A stretch of 64,000 nucleotides of DNA from an uncultured Prolixibacteraceae bacterium (GTDB lineage Bacteria > Bacteroidota > Bacteroidia > Bacteroidales > FEN-979). The notes below the pieces were generated by a model, which saw only the letters and a program-made list of their open reading frames with translations, searched no databases and was not told the DNA's origin. Within the stretch, counting starts at the first letter, position 1; every line of letters starts with the position of its first letter. The stretch lies in assembly GCA_964455285.1 (NCBI GenBank), contig CAYVVG010000001.1, forward strand, positions 64,960-128,959, given 5' to 3'. Made by a program: the position numbers and the translations under genes. Below, piece by piece: positions 43,697 through 51,580 of this stretch.

Positions 43697-45931
43697 TTAA
43701 TATTTCGGATTCTGTTTCAGGTTGGGATTGGCCGTTACGTCGGTCGCCGGGATCGGGAAGATGTCGTACATCGGATCCACCGATTTTCCGTCCTTGGTGC
43801 CACCCTTCCAGGGCCACGCATAGGTACCGCTGCTGAACTGGCCGAAGCGGATCAGGTCGGTGCGGCGGTAGCCTTCCCAATACAGTTCCCGGGCGCGCTC
43901 ATCCAGGATGAATTCGGGGGTAAGGTCGGCGCTGGAAATTCGTCCGGTCTCATCGGTAAAGGCACGGTCGCGGATCGCGTTGACCAGGTCGAGCGCGGTT
44001 CCCGCGTCGCCGCCGCTTCCGCCTTTGAGAACGGCTTCGGCATACATCAGGTAGACATCGGCCAGGCGGAACACCGGGAAATCGGTATCGACAAAGGTGG
44101 CATCGCTGCCCGGCACGCCGGTGCTGGATACATTCGTGAACTTGGGTACCGCGTACCCTTCGGTGAATACGCCGATGTCGTTGATCTCAAGCGACTGTCC
44201 ATCGGTATAGAAGATCGGACGGTGGTCGATGCTGGGAGGCGTGTTGACCACAATGGTATAGGTGTAATCCGGGGCTCCCAGTTTCATGGTGATCAGGTAG
44301 TTCCCGGCCGTCGGGATGGATATGTTGGATCCGCCGGCTTCGAGGATGCCGTTGGCGCCGTCGTCGCCGTAGTTGATGTCCCAGCCGTCGTTGGCGCGGA
44401 ACTTGATCTCTCCCACTCCGAGGTCGAGGATCACGCTCCAGGTGCCGGCGGCCGCGTCATAGGTCATGTTCTGGTCCGAATCCCAGCCGCCGGCCGTGGC
44501 CGAGCCGATGACTCCCCAGTCGGTCTTGACTGCCGTGTAGGTCAGAGCGGTCATATCGACATTCAACTTATAGTAGCCAGCGTCGGCCATTGTGATGTTG
44601 CTTCCCGGATGCGCAAGTTTCCCGGTAGAAGTCCCATCATCGCCATAGTCGTTGGTCCAGTCGGGGGTGGTACAGAATTTGAACTCGGCACTGGCCGGGA
44701 AAGAGAGATAGCCTTCGAACTTGTTGTCGCTGGCAACCGATTTCAGGACGGTAGTGGTATTGGAAGGATCCCACCCCTGGTGATTGCCGGGCACATAGAG
44801 CATCGGGTAATCGCGGTTTGCCTTGCGGGGCTTGGGCGACGACCAGAAGCTGGGAACATCGCCGTCGGGAAAGAACTTGTCGACCAGGCCGCTGGTGGTG
44901 CGGATACCGCCCCAACCGCCGCCGATGCCGTAATTCCCCGGGGTCATGCTTCCCCCGACAGCAGCGTGAACGATGAAGGTCGTTCCGCCCCAGGTCTGGG
45001 TGCGGGTGCCGTCGAATGCGACCGGGAAGATGATCTCATTGCTGAGGTGGTTGTCGGCCGTGAAGAGGTTCTGGTAAACAGGCTCGAGGGTGTACCCGGC
45101 GCCGAGCACCTTGTTGCAATAGGTGAGGCACTTGGTGAGTTCGCCCGGATAGTCAAACCCGCTGACTTCCTTATTATAGACCTGCGAGTTCAGGTACAGC
45201 TTGGCCAGGAGCGTCCATGCGGCAGCCTGTCCGGCACGGGCGTACTCGGGCCCCTTCACGCTGGTCAGCAGGGGTTCGATGGCCAGGAGTTCAGATTCGA
45301 CATATTTGTAGAGATTTGCCCGGGTGATCTGCGGAGGGAAGAATTTTCCGACCGGATCGTTCTCGGTGACGAAGGGCACGTTGCCGAAGAGGTCCAGCGC
45401 GTGGTAGTAGCTCAGTGCCCGCAGGAAGCGTGCCTCGAGCCGGTACTGGCGGATGAGGTTCTTTTCGGCTTCGTTGAAACCACGTTCATCCAGCTTGCTG
45501 TCGCTCGACTCGCGGATAAACTCGTTGGTAGCGCATACCTGGAAGAAGATCCGGTAGTACATCGCTGCGACGAAAACATCGCTGGATCCCCACGACTGGC
45601 TATGGAAGTTTTTGATCGTCTGGTCGTTCCACCCGATGACAGCCTCGTCGGTCGTCAACTCCTGGTGATACCAGTAACCGCGGAGGTATTCGCCGAATCC
45701 TTCGTCGATCCCTTTGATGTCGGGTTTACCGGCAGGGCCTTCCTGTCCTGAAACAGCAAGACCGGCATACAGTTTGGCAAGCACCATTTTATAGTTGCCT
45801 GCCGTTTTATAAACGTTGACAGTTGTCCAGTCATCCGGATCGATGGGCTTGGTATCCAGATCTTTGACACAGGAGGCAAGAAACACGGTCATTGCCAGCA
45901 CCATGCCTGTTATCGTGAATATTCTTTTCAT
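43697..45931 (-). CDS. susD: SusD/RagB-family nutrient-binding lipoprotein, unusually long (744 aa) with internal tandem beta-sandwich insertion
   Basis: Lipobox VFLASC. SusD N-terminal TPR-like helices (LAKLYAGLAV..., RFLRALSYYHALDLFGNVPF). Canonical C-terminus (FRLADVYLMYAEA..., ERARELYWEGYRRTDLIRF). A segment of about 190 aa at aa 376-562 is unlike SusD. Confidence 0.85.
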   Translation of the reverse strand: MKRIFTITGMVLAMTVFLASCVKDLDTKPIDPDDWTTVNVYKTAGNYKMVLAKLYAGLAVSGQEGPAGKPDIKGIDEGFGEYLRGYWYHQELTTDEAVIGWNDQTIKNFHSQSWGSSDVFVAAMYYRIFFQVCATNEFIRESSDSKLDERGFNEAEKNLIRQYRLEARFLRALSYYHALDLFGNVPFVTENDPVGKFFPPQITRANLYKYVESELLAIEPLLTSVKGPEYARAGQAAAWTLLAKLYLNSQVYNKEVSGFDYPGELTKCLTYCNKVLGAGYTLEPVYQNLFTADNHLSNEIIFPVAFDGTRTQTWGGTTFIVHAAVGGSMTPGNYGIGGGWGGIRTTSGLVDKFFPDGDVPSFWSSPKPRKANRDYPMLYVPGNHQGWDPSNTTTVLKSVASDNKFEGYLSFPASAEFKFCTTPDWTNDYGDDGTSTGKLAHPGSNITMADAGYYKLNVDMTALTYTAVKTDWGVIGSATAGGWDSDQNMTYDAAAGTWSVILDLGVGEIKFRANDGWDINYGDDGANGILEAGGSNISIPTAGNYLITMKLGAPDYTYTIVVNTPPSIDHRPIFYTDGQSLEINDIGVFTEGYAVPKFTNVSSTGVPGSDATFVDTDFPVFRLADVYLMYAEAVLKGGSGGDAGTALDLVNAIRDRAFTDETGRISSADLTPEFILDERARELYWEGYRRTDLIRFGQFSSGTYAWPWKGGTKDGKSVDPMYDIFPIPATDVTANPNLKQNPKY

Positions 45932-45951
45932 GTTATCAATAGTTTATTTGG

Positions 45952-48900
45952 TTACAGTGAAAGGTTTACACCCAGAACGAACACCCGCGAGCGCGGATAG
46001 ATGTTGTTGTCGATACCATTATTGACTTCCGGATCGAGGCCCGTGTACTTGGTGATCGTGAACACGTTGTTGACCGTGAAACTGAGCCGGAGGCCCATGG
46101 AATTCTTCATCAGGTTGCCGAAATCGTAGCCCAGGCTGACATAATCGAGCTTGAAGTAAGAGGCATTCTGGATGTAATAATCCGACAGATACTGCTGGTT
46201 CTCGAAACCTACCTCATTCACATCCTTGGAGACGTTGCCGAGATAGGGTCCTTCAGGCCGGAAAAGGTTGGAATACACACCCCGGTTGGAGGCGTTGTTA
46301 TTATATATGTAATTCCCGACGGTGGCATGTCCCGCGGCCGCGAGTGAAAACCGCTTGTAGTTCAGGGCGGTCGAAACGCCGTAAGTGGAGGTGCCGTTGG
46401 GGCTCTTGTAGTGATACCGGTCGGCATCGGTGATCTTTCCGTCTGCATTCAGGTCTTCCACCAATCCTTCGATCGGTTTGCCATTGGCATCGTACACCTG
46501 CTTGTAAACGAAGAAAGAGTTCATCGGGTAACCCACGCTGTGGATCTGGATGGTGTTGCCCACTCCACCGGAGATGCCCCCCGTGTAAACGCCCAGGTAT
46601 GTCGGGTCGTCGATGGCGGTGAGTTTGGTGATCTTGTTGGAGTTGAAGGCCGCGTTGACCGAAAGTTCCCATTTCCAATCCTTGGTAACGATGGGCTTGC
46701 CGCTCAGGGTGAATTCAAATCCCTTGTTCTCCATGTCGCCGATGTTGGTCACGATATAGTTGGTCAGGTTGGTACCTGCCGGCACCTGGATCTCGTTGAT
46801 CAGGTCCTTGGTGTTGCGGATGTAATAATCGACCGACCCGGTGATACGGTCCTTCAGGAAACCGAAATCGAGTCCGATGTTGGTCGTCGTGGTCGTTTCC
46901 CATTTGATGTCGGCGTCATACCCGTTCGGGCGGAGCGTGGCGTACCAAACGTTCCCGATCTGGTAATAGGCATATTTGTTACTGATGGTATAAAGCGGCT
47001 GGTAGGGATACCAGTTGTCCATGATGTCCTGCTGCCCGGTGACGCCCCATCCGAAACGAAGTTTCAACTGGGAGATCACCTTCGAATCACGCAGAAATGC
47101 TTCATCGTTGATCTTCCACGCGAGAGCGAGCGAGGGGAAGAGGCCCCAGCGGTTATCTTCGGAAAACTTCGAAGAGCCGTCGTCGCGCAGGGTGAAGGTG
47201 AGCAGGTAGCGGTCGGCCAGGGTATAATTCAAACGACCGTAGAAGGAGACGAGATAATACTCCTTCTTGTCGAGGATGGTATTCTTTCTGATCGTATCGT
47301 GAGGCACATTGTTGTTATAGGTATTGTTCTCAACTTTGAAGTGCTGCCACGAGTAACCCGCCATCAGGTCAAATTTGCTCTTGATGGACTTGACCTCTTT
47401 CACGTAATTCAGATAGAAATCAAGCACGCTGTTGTTCTTGGTCTGGTCATATTCACGGTCGAGGCCCTTATAAAGATAGGAACCAACCGATTCCAGGGGG
47501 ATGTCGGAATTGATCGGGATCGTCACCGTTCCCTTCGATTTGGTATAATCGAGACCGAGGTTCAGGACGGCGCGAAGTTCGGGAAGGAAATGCATTTTGT
47601 AATCGATCTGGGCATTGCCGAGGATACGATTCACATGCGAGCGGTCATCCTTCATTTCGAGCATGGCCATCGGGTTTTTGGTGGCCTGGTTTACCGGTTC
47701 CCGGTATCCCATCGTGTCGGTGGGCTGCAACCATGCCCAGTATCCGCCATACACCTCGTATCCTTCCCCGTATTTATTCTTCAGGTACCGGGTATCTCTC
47801 ACCGGCTTGGTCGGATCCATGCTGATGGCAGCTCCGATGGCGCCGTTGTCGGCAAAGCGGTTCTTTTCATACAAATACTTGGCATTCACATTCACCTTCA
47901 GATAGTTCTTGAAGAATGAGGGATTGAGGTTGGCACCGACAGTGGTGCGCTGCATGTTGTCGGTCTTCAGAATACCGTCGGAATAGTTGTAGCCGAGCGA
48001 AATGCGGTAGGGCATGGTGCTGACGGCGCCGGTAAAGGCCAGGTTGTGGTCTGTTCCCATCGCGGTGCGGAAGATCTCCTTCTGCCAGTCGGTGGAGATG
48101 GCGCTGTTGGTGTCGAGGAGGCCCAGCACATCGGCGCGTCCCTTGTACCGTTCCTTGACCATGGTACGGTACTCGTCGCCCGAAAGCACTTCGATTGTCT
48201 TGGGTACGGTGGCGATGGAGATGTTGCCCGAATATTCGAGTCCGAACTTCTTGCTGCCGGCCTGTCCTTTCTTTGTGGTGATCATGATGACCCCGTTGGA
48301 GGCGCGCGAACCGTAAATGGCCGTGGCAGAGGCATCCTTCAGCACGACGTAGTTTGCAATGTCGTCGGGATTGATCATCCCCAGCGAACTGCGGGCGCCC
48401 GAGGTTTTGGCGTTGTCGATGGGCACGCCGTCGATGACCACCAGCGGGTCGTTGGAGGCGTTGATGGAGGAGCCCCCGCGGATGCGGATTTCGGCATCAC
48501 CGCCCGGTGCACCGCCGAAGGTGGTGACGGTCACCCCGGGGATCTTCCCGATAATGGCCTGCTGCGGGGAGCTGATGCTTCCCTGGTTGAAGTCATCCGA
48601 AGCCAGCGTGGCGACAGACCCGGTGGCGTCCTGACGCTTCACCGTACCGTAGCCGATCACGACCAGTTCGTTAAGACTTTTTACACCGGTTGCCAGCGAC
48701 ACGTTCAATGTCTTCTGACCGGTATAGGTGATCTCCTGCGTGGCATAACCCACATACGAAAAGACCACGATATCGCCGTTCTTCACTTTCAGCGAATACT
48801 TTCCGTCAATATCCGTTATCGTTCCGGTCGTGGTATTCTTGATAACAACCGTTACGCCCGGAATTGAACCTCCGTCCGATGCGTCTGTCACAACCCCGGT

Positions 48901-48990
48901 CAATGCAGCTTCCTGCGCATAACCGGCCGATGCCAGCGTAACGGCGAGGAACATGACCAGATAACGCAACCAAAGTACACGTTTCTTCAT
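45952..48990 (-). CDS. susC: SusC/RagA-family TonB-dependent outer-membrane transporter
   Basis: 1012 aa. Signal peptide, CarboxypepD_reg-like N-domain (GVVTDASDGGSIPGVTVVIKNT), plug with ELVVIGYGTVKRQDATGSV, long beta-barrel, terminal aromatic-rich strand. Confidence 0.92.
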   Translation of the reverse strand: MKKRVLWLRYLVMFLAVTLASAGYAQEAALTGVVTDASDGGSIPGVTVVIKNTTTGTITDIDGKYSLKVKNGDIVVFSYVGYATQEITYTGQKTLNVSLATGVKSLNELVVIGYGTVKRQDATGSVATLASDDFNQGSISSPQQAIIGKIPGVTVTTFGGAPGGDAEIRIRGGSSINASNDPLVVIDGVPIDNAKTSGARSSLGMINPDDIANYVVLKDASATAIYGSRASNGVIMITTKKGQAGSKKFGLEYSGNISIATVPKTIEVLSGDEYRTMVKERYKGRADVLGLLDTNSAISTDWQKEIFRTAMGTDHNLAFTGAVSTMPYRISLGYNYSDGILKTDNMQRTTVGANLNPSFFKNYLKVNVNAKYLYEKNRFADNGAIGAAISMDPTKPVRDTRYLKNKYGEGYEVYGGYWAWLQPTDTMGYREPVNQATKNPMAMLEMKDDRSHVNRILGNAQIDYKMHFLPELRAVLNLGLDYTKSKGTVTIPINSDIPLESVGSYLYKGLDREYDQTKNNSVLDFYLNYVKEVKSIKSKFDLMAGYSWQHFKVENNTYNNNVPHDTIRKNTILDKKEYYLVSFYGRLNYTLADRYLLTFTLRDDGSSKFSEDNRWGLFPSLALAWKINDEAFLRDSKVISQLKLRFGWGVTGQQDIMDNWYPYQPLYTISNKYAYYQIGNVWYATLRPNGYDADIKWETTTTTNIGLDFGFLKDRITGSVDYYIRNTKDLINEIQVPAGTNLTNYIVTNIGDMENKGFEFTLSGKPIVTKDWKWELSVNAAFNSNKITKLTAIDDPTYLGVYTGGISGGVGNTIQIHSVGYPMNSFFVYKQVYDANGKPIEGLVEDLNADGKITDADRYHYKSPNGTSTYGVSTALNYKRFSLAAAGHATVGNYIYNNNASNRGVYSNLFRPEGPYLGNVSKDVNEVGFENQQYLSDYYIQNASYFKLDYVSLGYDFGNLMKNSMGLRLSFTVNNVFTITKYTGLDPEVNNGIDNNIYPRSRVFVLGVNLSL

Positions 48991-49139
48991 AGATTTGGTT
49001 TTAACTAGTTTAACATTACATGAACTGTATTTTATATCATTGGATCAAATAAAGAATGCCGGTGCAAAATAATAAAAAAAAAAGACTGTATTCTCAAAAA
49101 AAAAAACTCCTTATTTAAGCAACTCAAACACAATATCAT

Positions 49140-50354
49140 TTAAAAGTCATATTCGGCTTTCATATACCTGGCAGAGGGCAATGCCGATCCGGTGAAATCG
49201 AAGAGCGTGCAGTTGTCCCATGAGGATCCGGTCCCCCATTTGTCCTTCATACCCGACGTGATCCAGGCCGGCTCCCAGTACATCAGCCCTGTTCCGCCCC
49301 CCCGGATGACCGCCTGTGTCAGATCCCGGAAATAGGCAAACTGGCCGTTCACCGTCGCGGGGTATCCCGCAACCGTGTCGCCGGGCCCGAAAATATTGCC
49401 GTAGGCGTCGGCGTTTCCCCCGGTCCAGGGGTAGGCGGTCTCCACGATCATGACCTGCTTTCCATACGTTGTGCGGATCGAGGAAATGCGGTTGGCGATC
49501 TGATCCATGCCGGTGAAGGTCGACCATTTGGCATAGTGTGAGATCCCGAGGATGTCGAAATCGGAAACACGCCCTTTTTTCACCAGCTCGTCAATCCACC
49601 ATTGAGCATGTTGCATCTGGGCCACATGAAGAATGATCTTCGGCTTTATGGTGGAGTTTGCCGAAAAATCCCTGACGGCCCGGATCCCCGACTGCATAAG
49701 TGTCGCGAACGAGGTCCAGATCCCGCCTGAAACCTGTCCTGCCGGGAAAAGCATCCCCCCGTTGGTCTCGTTGCCCACCTGTACCATCTCGGGCGTCAGG
49801 TCCTTCGATTTCAGATAGTTTAAGACACGAAGGGTATAATTGTACACCGAATCTTTCAGAATGGCCAGCGACAGGCCCGACCAGGCCGCCGGGGTCTCCT
49901 GATGGCCGGGATCGGCCCAGGAATCGGAATAATGAAAGTCGAGATTCACGGCCATACCCGCCTCCCTGGCCCGTCGGATCGTCTTTTCGGCATCCGCCAG
50001 GTCACTGTAGAGCCGCCCCCCCGTGATCGCACCCACCCATTGCGGATCATACCACAACCGGACACGCACCGTGTTGGCTCCATACTTCTTCAGGATCCGG
50101 AAAGGATCCGAAACCCGGCCCGAATCGCTGAATATCCCGCCATAATCCTCGATCTCGTTGACATAGGAGAGGTCAACCCCCATGCAGAACCGGGTCCATG
50201 AATAGGGGGGCTTTACGGGGGCGGGAACGGGCGCGGGGGTCTCATCTTCAGGCTTCTGGCTGCACGAAACGACCATGAGGCCCAGCAATGCCAGAAACGA
50301 CAACCGGTTCCGGAAGCGATAGGCAAATTTCAGGGCGGCGGGGATTTTCAACAT
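49140..50354 (-). CDS. arabinogalactan endo-beta-1,4-galactanase (GH53), lipoprotein
   Basis: 404 aa from ATG 50354 (MLKIP...LGLMVVSC lipobox). GH53 blocks GVDLSYVNEIE, VRVRLWYDP, FHYSDSWADPG, VQVGNE (acid/base), VMIVETAYPW (nucleophile). The track's longer 5' extension has no signal-peptide logic. Confidence 0.85.
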   Translation of the reverse strand: MLKIPAALKFAYRFRNRLSFLALLGLMVVSCSQKPEDETPAPVPAPVKPPYSWTRFCMGVDLSYVNEIEDYGGIFSDSGRVSDPFRILKKYGANTVRVRLWYDPQWVGAITGGRLYSDLADAEKTIRRAREAGMAVNLDFHYSDSWADPGHQETPAAWSGLSLAILKDSVYNYTLRVLNYLKSKDLTPEMVQVGNETNGGMLFPAGQVSGGIWTSFATLMQSGIRAVRDFSANSTIKPKIILHVAQMQHAQWWIDELVKKGRVSDFDILGISHYAKWSTFTGMDQIANRISSIRTTYGKQVMIVETAYPWTGGNADAYGNIFGPGDTVAGYPATVNGQFAYFRDLTQAVIRGGGTGLMYWEPAWITSGMKDKWGTGSSWDNCTLFDFTGSALPSARYMKAEYDF

Positions 50355-50488
50355 AGTGAGCCGGTTCAATGATTCGATGATAAAGGTAAGCATTATTTCC
50401 GGAAATGGGCCATGTTCGTTTTCAGACTGCTCCAATCCTGTTCGGGCGGATATTTTTTTTGACCGGCGGAAGATCGGGGATTCTGCCG

Positions 50489-50496
50489 TATTTTTG
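50489..50496 (+). promoter_or_regulatory. candidate -7 box (TATTTTTG)
   Basis: Exact TAnnTTTG, 16 nt upstream of ATG 50513. Confidence 0.45.
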
Positions 50497-50512
50497 CCCG
50501 GTGCACCCATTT

Positions 50513-51502
50513 ATGAAAACCCTCTCCTGCCGATGCCTTTCCTGCCTGTACCTGGTCCTTGCCGGGCTTGTTGGGCATGGATATGGTCAATCCCCGGGGA
50601 CTGGTTGCGTGCCCGCACCCTGCACTCCCCCGATCCGGCTGATCACCGGAACGGTCGAACGGTATGAAGCCTTTCCCTCGCGCTGGGTGGATGCCCGGAA
50701 TGTCGACGTATGGCTGCCTGAGGGCTATGGTCGGGGCGGGGAAAAATACGATGTCGTGTATATGCACGACGGACAGATGCTATTCGATCCGGCCGTTACC
50801 TGGAACAGGCAGTCGTGGGGGGCCGACGAAACCCTGGGAAAACTGGTCGCATCGGGACAGATCCGCCCCTGCATCCTTGTCGGGATCTGGAACAACGGCG
50901 TGTACCGTCACGCGGAGTTCATGCCCCGTAAAGCGATGGATTATATGACCGGCGAAGAACGCCGCAAAATCCTGGAATATGCCACCCCGGAGAAAGGGTT
51001 GCTGTACCGGGGTGAACTCCGCGCCGACCACTACCTGAGATTCCTGGTGACGGAACTGAAACCTCTCATCGACCGGAACTACCGCACCCGGAGCAGCCCC
51101 AGACACACGTTCATAGCCGGGTCAAGCATGGGCGGGATGATCTCGCTTTACGCCATCTGCGAATACCCGAAGGTGTTCGGAGGCGCTGCCTGCCTTTCGA
51201 CCCACTGGACCGGCACATATTATACTGTGGGGAACCCCGTTCCCGGGGCGATGGCCGCCTACCTCCGCGACCACCTGCCCTCCCCTGTCCGTCACCGGAT
51301 CTACTTTGATTTCGGAACAAAAACACTCGACACCCTGTACCGGCCTTTCCAGGCTGCGGTCGACCGGGTGATGCAGGAACAGGGGTACAACAGGAGAAAC
51401 TGGATCACAAGGGAATTTCCCGGCGATGACCATTCGGAGAACGCATGGAAGAGAAGGTTTGAGATACCGGTGCGGTTTCTGCTCGGGACGCGAGAAAGAT
51501 GA
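50513..51502 (+). CDS. secreted esterase-family alpha/beta hydrolase (PF00756-like)
   Basis: 329 aa from ATG 50513 (signal MKTLSCRCLSCLYLVLAGLVGHGYGQ). VVYMHDGQ block, nucleophile elbow AGSSMGG, C-terminal DDHSE. Confidence 0.7.
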   Translation: MKTLSCRCLSCLYLVLAGLVGHGYGQSPGTGCVPAPCTPPIRLITGTVERYEAFPSRWVDARNVDVWLPEGYGRGGEKYDVVYMHDGQMLFDPAVTWNRQSWGADETLGKLVASGQIRPCILVGIWNNGVYRHAEFMPRKAMDYMTGEERRKILEYATPEKGLLYRGELRADHYLRFLVTELKPLIDRNYRTRSSPRHTFIAGSSMGGMISLYAICEYPKVFGGAACLSTHWTGTYYTVGNPVPGAMAAYLRDHLPSPVRHRIYFDFGTKTLDTLYRPFQAAVDRVMQEQGYNRRNWITREFPGDDHSENAWKRRFEIPVRFLLGTRER

Positions 51503-51572
51503 GAGGACTGGCGGACAAGCGGACAAGCGGACAAGCGGACAAGCGGACAAGCGGACAAGCGGACAAGCGGAC
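51503..51572 (+). repeat. tandem array ~8.5 x 8 nt GCGGACAA (end units GCGGACTG)
   Basis: (ga)ggactg gcggacaa x6 gcggactg gcggac. Starts at the base after the esterase TGA and ends 8 nt before ATG 51581. Confidence 0.95.
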
Positions 51573-51580
51573 TGGCGGAC

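Noticed and set aside
43499-45751. 750-aa ORF antisense to susD. Similar long antisense ORFs: 39505-41031, 46411-47919, 56665-58494, 32411-33496, 36220-37317, 51734-52747, 41341-42255, 54341-55057.
   Set aside because: All mirror genes with clear family signatures on the opposite strand. Their translations are Gly/Arg/Val/Asp-rich and lack start context, signal peptides or motifs. They are shadow ORFs.
49060-49115. Long poly(A)/poly(T) tracts between susC and the GH53 gene, considered as a terminator or promoter
   Set aside because: There is no convincing GC-rich stem next to the T-runs. There is no exact TAnnTTTG on the susC strand in 48991-49139. The region is probably the susC promoter, but I cannot point to the elements.
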